Below, one piece after another: positions 59,174 through 64,000 of a stretch of 64,000 bases of DNA. Every line of letters begins with the position of its first letter. Position 1 is the first letter of the stretch. The notes below the pieces were generated by a model, which worked only from the letters and a program-made list of their open reading frames with translations, did no database searches and was not told the origin of the DNA. The translations under genes were made by a program, and so were the position numbers. The DNA comes from Vulcanimicrobiota bacterium (GTDB lineage: Bacteria; Vulcanimicrobiota; Vulcanimicrobiia; Vulcanimicrobiales; Vulcanimicrobiaceae), in assembly GCA_963745145.1 (NCBI GenBank), contig CAVUWE010000002.1, forward strand, positions 1,009,780 through 1,073,779, written 5' to 3'.

Positions 59174-62100
59174 TTGATCGCACGCCCGCTGCTGCTCGCG
59201 CTTTTCGGCTCCGCCGTCATCGCGCTTACGACCGGTCAAACTCCGGCGACACATCCCGAGGTCTCGGCGTCGCCGACGGCCTCGCCGTCCCCGACACCGA
59301 CGCCGGGGCCGGCCTTCGGCAACATGAGCTGGCGCGCCATCGGGCCGGCCGGAACCGGCGGACGGGTGGCGGCGGTGGCAGGTTCGGCAACCGATCCCAA
59401 GCTCTACTACGTGGGCGCGGCGGGCGGCGGCGTTTGGAAATCGGCGAACGGCGGTCAAACGTGGGACCCGGTCTTCGAGAAGCAGGGCACGGGTGCGATC
59501 GGGGCGGTCACGATCGATCCCACCGACAACAACGTCGTCTGGGTCGGAACCGGCGAGGCGAACCCGCGTAACGACGTGAGCTACGGCGACGGCGTCTATA
59601 AGAGCACGGACGGCGGCGACACGTGGACCAACACCGGCTTGAAGGGAACGCGATACGTCTCGCGGATCCTCGTCGATCCTCGCAATCACAACCACGTCAT
59701 CGTCGGCGCGCTTGGCGACGTCTTCGCCGATAACTCGGAGCGAGGCGTTTACGTCACCGACGACGGCGGTAAGACGTGGAAGCAGACGCTCTCCGTCGGT
59801 CCCGAGAGCGGAGCGTCAAATCTCGCGATGGACGTGCAAAATCCGAGCGTCGTGTATGCCGGCATCTGGAAGTTTCAGCGGCGGCCGTGGACGTTCGTCA
59901 GCGGCGGCAACGAAGATGGGCTCTATCGATCGAGCGACGGAGGTCAAACCTGGACGAAGCTCGAGGGGCACGGGTTGCCGGACGGCCCGACCGGCCGGAT
60001 CGGTCTCGCCGTCGCTCCGAGCGACGGCAATCGCGTCTACGCCGTGATCGAATCGTCGCATGGCGTCCTCTGGCGCTCGCAGGACGGCGGCGCTAACTGG
60101 ACGATGGTCAGCAACGATTCGCTCGTCGACGCGCGTCCGTTCTATTTTTCGCACGTCGAGGTCGACCCGAAGAATCCCGACCGCGTCTACGCGTTGTCGT
60201 TCGAGACGATGCTGAGCACCGACGGTGGTAAGACGTTCAAGGCGACCGCGCAGGACGTGCACTCCGACTTCCACGCGATCTGGATCGCACCCAACGATCC
60301 AAAGCGCATCCTCTTGGGCGAGGACGGCGGCTACGCGCTCACCCTAGACGGCGGGGCAAACTGGTTCTTCTCGGCAAACATGCCGATCGGCCAAATCTAC
60401 CGGGTCGGGCTCGGCTCGGACAACCCGTACACGGTTTGCGCCGGTTTGCAGGACAACAACGGCTGGTGCGGACCGTCGAACTCGCTCGATTCGTCGGGCA
60501 TTCAGAACAAGAACTGGATCGCGACGGTCGGCGGCGACGGCACGTGGGGGATTCCGGAGCCCGACGATCCGAACTGGATATGGTCGGACTCGCAAGATGG
60601 ATCGCTGAGCGTCTACAACCGCGTCACCCAAGACCAGTGGTCGGGGCAGCCGTATCTGCCGACAGGCGCCGAGTCGTGGAAGCTCGCGCGCAGCAAGTAC
60701 CGCTTCAACTGGGAGTCGCCGATTGCGTTCGCTCCGTGGCGCACGGCCGGCGGCGGCGTCATCGGCTGGTACGGCGGGAACGTGGTGTTCCAAACGACCG
60801 ATCGCGCGCGCACCTGGACGGCGATCAGCCCCGATCTCACGCGCAACCTGAAGTCGCACCAAGACACGGCCGGCGGTCCGATCACGAGCGACGTCTCCGG
60901 CGCCGAGTACACCGATACGATCCTGGATATCGAGGGCTCGCAGCTCGCCCGGGGCGAGATCTGGGTCGGAACCGATGACGGCCTGGTTCAGCTCACGCGT
61001 GACGGCGGGAAGCGCTGGACGAACGTGACCCCGCCGGGCGCACCCGAGTACGGACGCTTCGCAACGGTGGCGCCCTCGACGCTCGTCGCCGGCACTGCTT
61101 ACGCGATCGACGACGGGCACGAGATGGGCGACAGCGCGCCGTATGCCTTCGTCACCCATGACTTCGGTGCGCACTGGACCAAGATCGTCGACGGATTGCC
61201 GGCGGACCAATGGGCCCGCGCGATCCGCCCCGACATTCGCGATCGCAATCTCGTTTATCTCGGAACCGAAGAAGGCATCTGGATCTCCTTCGACGCGGGT
61301 GCCCATTGGCAATCGTTCAAGAACGGCCTCCCGACCGTGTCCGTCCACGACATCCGCATGCAGCCGCAGTACGACGATCTCGTGATCGCCACGCACGGAC
61401 GCTCCGCGTACATCATGGACGACGTGCGGCCGCTGCAGGAACTGCAGCAGGCGATCGCGCGCAGCACGTGGCTCTTTGCCCCGCGCAACGGGACCGAGTG
61501 GACGCTGCACTCGAACGACGAGGGCACCTATACGAACTACGCGGCCGACAACCCGCCGTACGGCGTGACGCTCACGTTCTACCAGAAGGAGCCGCAGAAG
61601 AGCGCCCCCGCGCTCGACATACTGGATTCGCACGGTCGCGTCATTCGAAGCGTTTCGGGAACGCATAAAGTTGCCGGCAAGGACGAACCCTATATCACCA
61701 ACAAGGCCGGCCTGAATCGCTACACCTGGGATTTCAACGTCAACGGTCCCGTGAAGTGGAATGGCGGAAACGATTTCTCCAAGGGGCCCGAGACCGGCCC
61801 GGGCGTCGTTCCGGGCAGCTACTCCGCACGCATGACGCTCTCGGGCCATACGTACGTTCAGCGCTTCGACGTCTTGCCCGACCCGCGCTCGCACTTCACC
61901 CAAGCCGACTATCAGCGATCGTTCGACGCGGCAATCCGTCAGATGGGGCACCTCTCGCAGATCGATGCGATGCTGAACAATCTCGACGACCTGAAGAAGT
62001 CGCTCGAGACCGCCTCGAGCGCCGCGAAAAAGGCAAGCAACACCGCACTCGCCGAGAAGCTCGACGCGGCCACGGCGGCGCGGCAGACGCTCTTCGACAC

Positions 62101-62356
62101 GCTCGCGGTGAATATTCGCGGCGAAGGCACCGAAGATGAGGGTAAGCTCCACGAGGACGTCTTTGGGGCATACTTCGGCGCCCAGGGTCTCGTCACGCCG
62201 GCCGTCGTGAGCGTCTTAACCCGCGTCGACGCGCTCTACGACGCGGGCATCGTCCGCTACAACGCCTTCGTGACCGGCGTGCTGCCCGGCGTGAACGCCG
62301 CGCTGAAACAGGCGGGTATGAAAACGCTGCCGGCCGTCAAAATCATCACCCCGTGA
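59174..62356 (+). CDS. large secreted BNR/Asp-box, Sortilin-VPS10-type beta-propeller protein (paralogue 2)
   Basis: AGGAGG lies 10 nt upstream of TTG 59174. Signal peptide. Multiple S.DGG.TW boxes. Collinear with the gene at 10637-13543. Confidence 0.85.
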   Translation: MIARPLLLALFGSAVIALTTGQTPATHPEVSASPTASPSPTPTPGPAFGNMSWRAIGPAGTGGRVAAVAGSATDPKLYYVGAAGGGVWKSANGGQTWDPVFEKQGTGAIGAVTIDPTDNNVVWVGTGEANPRNDVSYGDGVYKSTDGGDTWTNTGLKGTRYVSRILVDPRNHNHVIVGALGDVFADNSERGVYVTDDGGKTWKQTLSVGPESGASNLAMDVQNPSVVYAGIWKFQRRPWTFVSGGNEDGLYRSSDGGQTWTKLEGHGLPDGPTGRIGLAVAPSDGNRVYAVIESSHGVLWRSQDGGANWTMVSNDSLVDARPFYFSHVEVDPKNPDRVYALSFETMLSTDGGKTFKATAQDVHSDFHAIWIAPNDPKRILLGEDGGYALTLDGGANWFFSANMPIGQIYRVGLGSDNPYTVCAGLQDNNGWCGPSNSLDSSGIQNKNWIATVGGDGTWGIPEPDDPNWIWSDSQDGSLSVYNRVTQDQWSGQPYLPTGAESWKLARSKYRFNWESPIAFAPWRTAGGGVIGWYGGNVVFQTTDRARTWTAISPDLTRNLKSHQDTAGGPITSDVSGAEYTDTILDIEGSQLARGEIWVGTDDGLVQLTRDGGKRWTNVTPPGAPEYGRFATVAPSTLVAGTAYAIDDGHEMGDSAPYAFVTHDFGAHWTKIVDGLPADQWARAIRPDIRDRNLVYLGTEEGIWISFDAGAHWQSFKNGLPTVSVHDIRMQPQYDDLVIATHGRSAYIMDDVRPLQELQQAIARSTWLFAPRNGTEWTLHSNDEGTYTNYAADNPPYGVTLTFYQKEPQKSAPALDILDSHGRVIRSVSGTHKVAGKDEPYITNKAGLNRYTWDFNVNGPVKWNGGNDFSKGPETGPGVVPGSYSARMTLSGHTYVQRFDVLPDPRSHFTQADYQRSFDAAIRQMGHLSQIDAMLNNLDDLKKSLETASSAAKKASNTALAEKLDAATAARQTLFDTLAVNIRGEGTEDEGKLHEDVFGAYFGAQGLVTPAVVSVLTRVDALYDAGIVRYNAFVTGVLPGVNAALKQAGMKTLPAVKIITP

Positions 62357-64000
62357 TGATCGTTTCGACGGTTTTGCTGGCGGCCGCCGCGTACGCCAAT
62401 CTTTCGTGGCGCTCGATCGGCCCGGCGGTTGCCGGCGGGCGCGTCGCCGCCGTGGCGGGGACGGCGCAAGACGACCAACTCTACTACCTGGGGACGGCCG
62501 GCGGGGGCGTTTGGAAATCGATCAACGGCGGCGCGACCTGGGAAGCCGTCTTCGAGAAGAAAGCGGTTGCCGCGATCGGCGCGGTTGCCATCGACCCTAC
62601 GAACGAGCGCGTGGTTTGGGCCGGTACGGGCGAGGCCAATCCGCGCAACGACGTTAGCTACGGCGACGGGCTCTACGAGTCGACCGACGGCGCCAAGACC
62701 TGGAGGAGGGTCGGCCTGGCCGGCGCGTGGAGCATCTCGCGGATCGCGATCGATCCGCGAAACCCGCGCCACGTTGTGGTGGGCGCCTTCGGCGATCCGT
62801 TCAAGGACTCACCGGATCGCGGCGTCTTCGTGACCTTCGACGGCGGCCAAACGTGGAGCAAGACCCTCTACCTCACCCCGGCGTGCGGTGCCAGCGACGT
62901 CGCCATCGATCCGCACAATCCGAGCGTCGTGTACGCGGGCATGTGGCACTTTCGGCGCTTGCCATGGACGTTTACGAGCGGCGGCGCCGATGGCGGTCTC
63001 TACAAGTCGACCAACGGCGGACGCACCTGGAAGAAGCTTGCGGGCAACGGCCTGCCAAACGGCTATACAGGGCGAATCGGCCTCGCGATCGCGCCGAGCC
63101 GCCCGAACCGCGTGTTCGCGCTGATCGAGGCCAAGGGCGGCATCCTATGGCGCTCGGACGACGCGGGCGCGCATTGGACGATGACCAGCAACGACACGCT
63201 GGTGGACCAGCGTCCCTTCTACTTCACGCACCTCGCCGTCGACCCGCGTAATCCCAACCACGTGTACGCAGTCTCGGAAATGCTCGCCGAGAGCAAGGAC
63301 GGCGGGCATAAATTCAGCGAGATCGCCAAGGGCGTGCATGTCGACTACCACGCCATCTGGATCGATCCGACCAATCCCAAGCGCATCATCGTCGGCGAAA
63401 ACGGCGGCTATGCGCTGACGAACGACCTCACGCACTGGTCGTTCTCGCGAAACCTGACGATCGGCCAAATTTACCACGTCGGCCTATCGAACGAGAATCC
63501 GTACCAGGTCTGCGTCGCGTTCCAGGACAACGGCGGCTTCTGCGGGCCGGAGAACTCGCTCGACAGCGAAGGCATCCTCGATCGTCATTGGATCGACGTC
63601 GTCGGCGGCGACGGCGTCTGGACCGTCCCCGATCCCGCCGATCCGCGGTACGTTTGGGCCGATCTCGAAGACGGCGCGCTCACGATCTTCGATCGCAAGA
63701 CGGAGCTCAGCCGCTTCATCCGCCCGTACGATCCGTTCCCGGGCAGTTTCCTTGGGCCGTTCGATCTCCGCGTAGTACCCTATCGCTTCAACTGGGATTC
63801 GCCGATCGCGTTCGCCCAGTGGCCGGCTCAGGATGACAAATCTACTGCCTGGTTCGGCGGGAACGTGGTCTTTCAATCGAGCGACCGAGGCGCGACGTGG
63901 AGCGTCATCAGCCCCGATCTCACGCGCGACATCAAGTCGCATCAAGCGCCGACGGGCGGCCCGCTCGCAAAGGACGTCTCGGGCGCGGAGTACTCCGACA
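62353..64000 (+). CDS. BNR/Asp-box, Sortilin-VPS10-type beta-propeller protein (paralogue 3), 3' end outside the window
   Basis: The frame is open from GTGATG (62353/62356), which overlaps the previous stop, to the window end, so it is absent from the ORF track. My hand translation is collinear with paralogue 2 (WRSIGPAVAGGRVAAVAG...GGVWKSINGGATW...). Confidence 0.8.
   Translation, partial: MMIVSTVLLAAAAYANLSWRSIGPAVAGGRVAAVAGTAQDDQLYYLGTAGGGVWKSINGGATWEAVFEKKAVAAIGAVAIDPTNERVVWAGTGEANPRNDVSYGDGLYESTDGAKTWRRVGLAGAWSISRIAIDPRNPRHVVVGAFGDPFKDSPDRGVFVTFDGGQTWSKTLYLTPACGASDVAIDPHNPSVVYAGMWHFRRLPWTFTSGGADGGLYKSTNGGRTWKKLAGNGLPNGYTGRIGLAIAPSRPNRVFALIEAKGGILWRSDDAGAHWTMTSNDTLVDQRPFYFTHLAVDPRNPNHVYAVSEMLAESKDGGHKFSEIAKGVHVDYHAIWIDPTNPKRIIVGENGGYALTNDLTHWSFSRNLTIGQIYHVGLSNENPYQVCVAFQDNGGFCGPENSLDSEGILDRHWIDVVGGDGVWTVPDPADPRYVWADLEDGALTIFDRKTELSRFIRPYDPFPGSFLGPFDLRVVPYRFNWDSPIAFAQWPAQDDKSTAWFGGNVVFQSSDRGATWSVISPDLTRDIKSHQAPTGGPLAKDVSGAEYSD

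Overview
This 64-kb window is very GC-rich (third codon positions are almost all G/C) and gene-dense. It looks like the chromosomal backbone of a diderm bacterium, given a TonB-dependent receptor and more than 10 lipoproteins with lipoboxes. I call about 62 protein genes, one TPP riboswitch and one nested palindromic repeat. I recognised no rRNA, tRNA, CRISPR array, transposase, integrase or phage gene. Content, in order: the 3' end of an aa3-type cytochrome oxidase operon; ctaA-ctaB-MFS; a GH130 phosphorylase; prfC; a PLP-dependent dehydratase; three large BNR/Sortilin-type propeller proteins; a ROK glucokinase; a PLC-like phosphoesterase; an S53 peptidase; an MGDG-synthase-like GT28 with a fatty-acid-hydroxylase-like protein; two SLT lytic transglycosylases; an APC permease-egtD-multicopper oxidase cluster next to an OpuB-type ABC importer; ppk1; a bolA-grx-rhodanese operon; a TonB-dependent receptor; MBL and NUDIX hydrolases; VKOR and DedA; RNase D; aconitase; three tandem Vgb-like propeller lipoproteins; a WYL/YafY regulator; PDH E1/E2; and TPP riboswitch-thiC. 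Many cistrons are joined by 4-nt start/stop overlaps (ATGA/GTGA/TTGA), and I used this when choosing start codons. Items most worth a second look: (1) a 187-bp element with perfect 42-bp inverted arms, each arm a GTAG plus GC hairpin (REPIN/MITE-like), wedged between two convergent genes; (2) an orphan EgtD-type betaine methyltransferase apparently in an operon with an amino-acid permease and a lipoprotein laccase, beside a quaternary-amine ABC importer; (3) three tandem lipoprotein paralogues of the streptogramin-lyase (Vgb) propeller fold next to a WYL regulator; (4) two otherwise intact genes (ppk1, ykgJ-like) each broken by a single frameshift at a short repeat; (5) two genes whose conserved N-termini lie upstream of any ATG/GTG/TTG; (6) unlisted small ORFs. 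I found no convincing complete novel multi-gene system such as a defence island. All family calls come from motif recognition by eye, and no searches were run. I treat the long Arg/Ala/Pro-rich alternative-frame ORFs in the track as high-GC artefacts.
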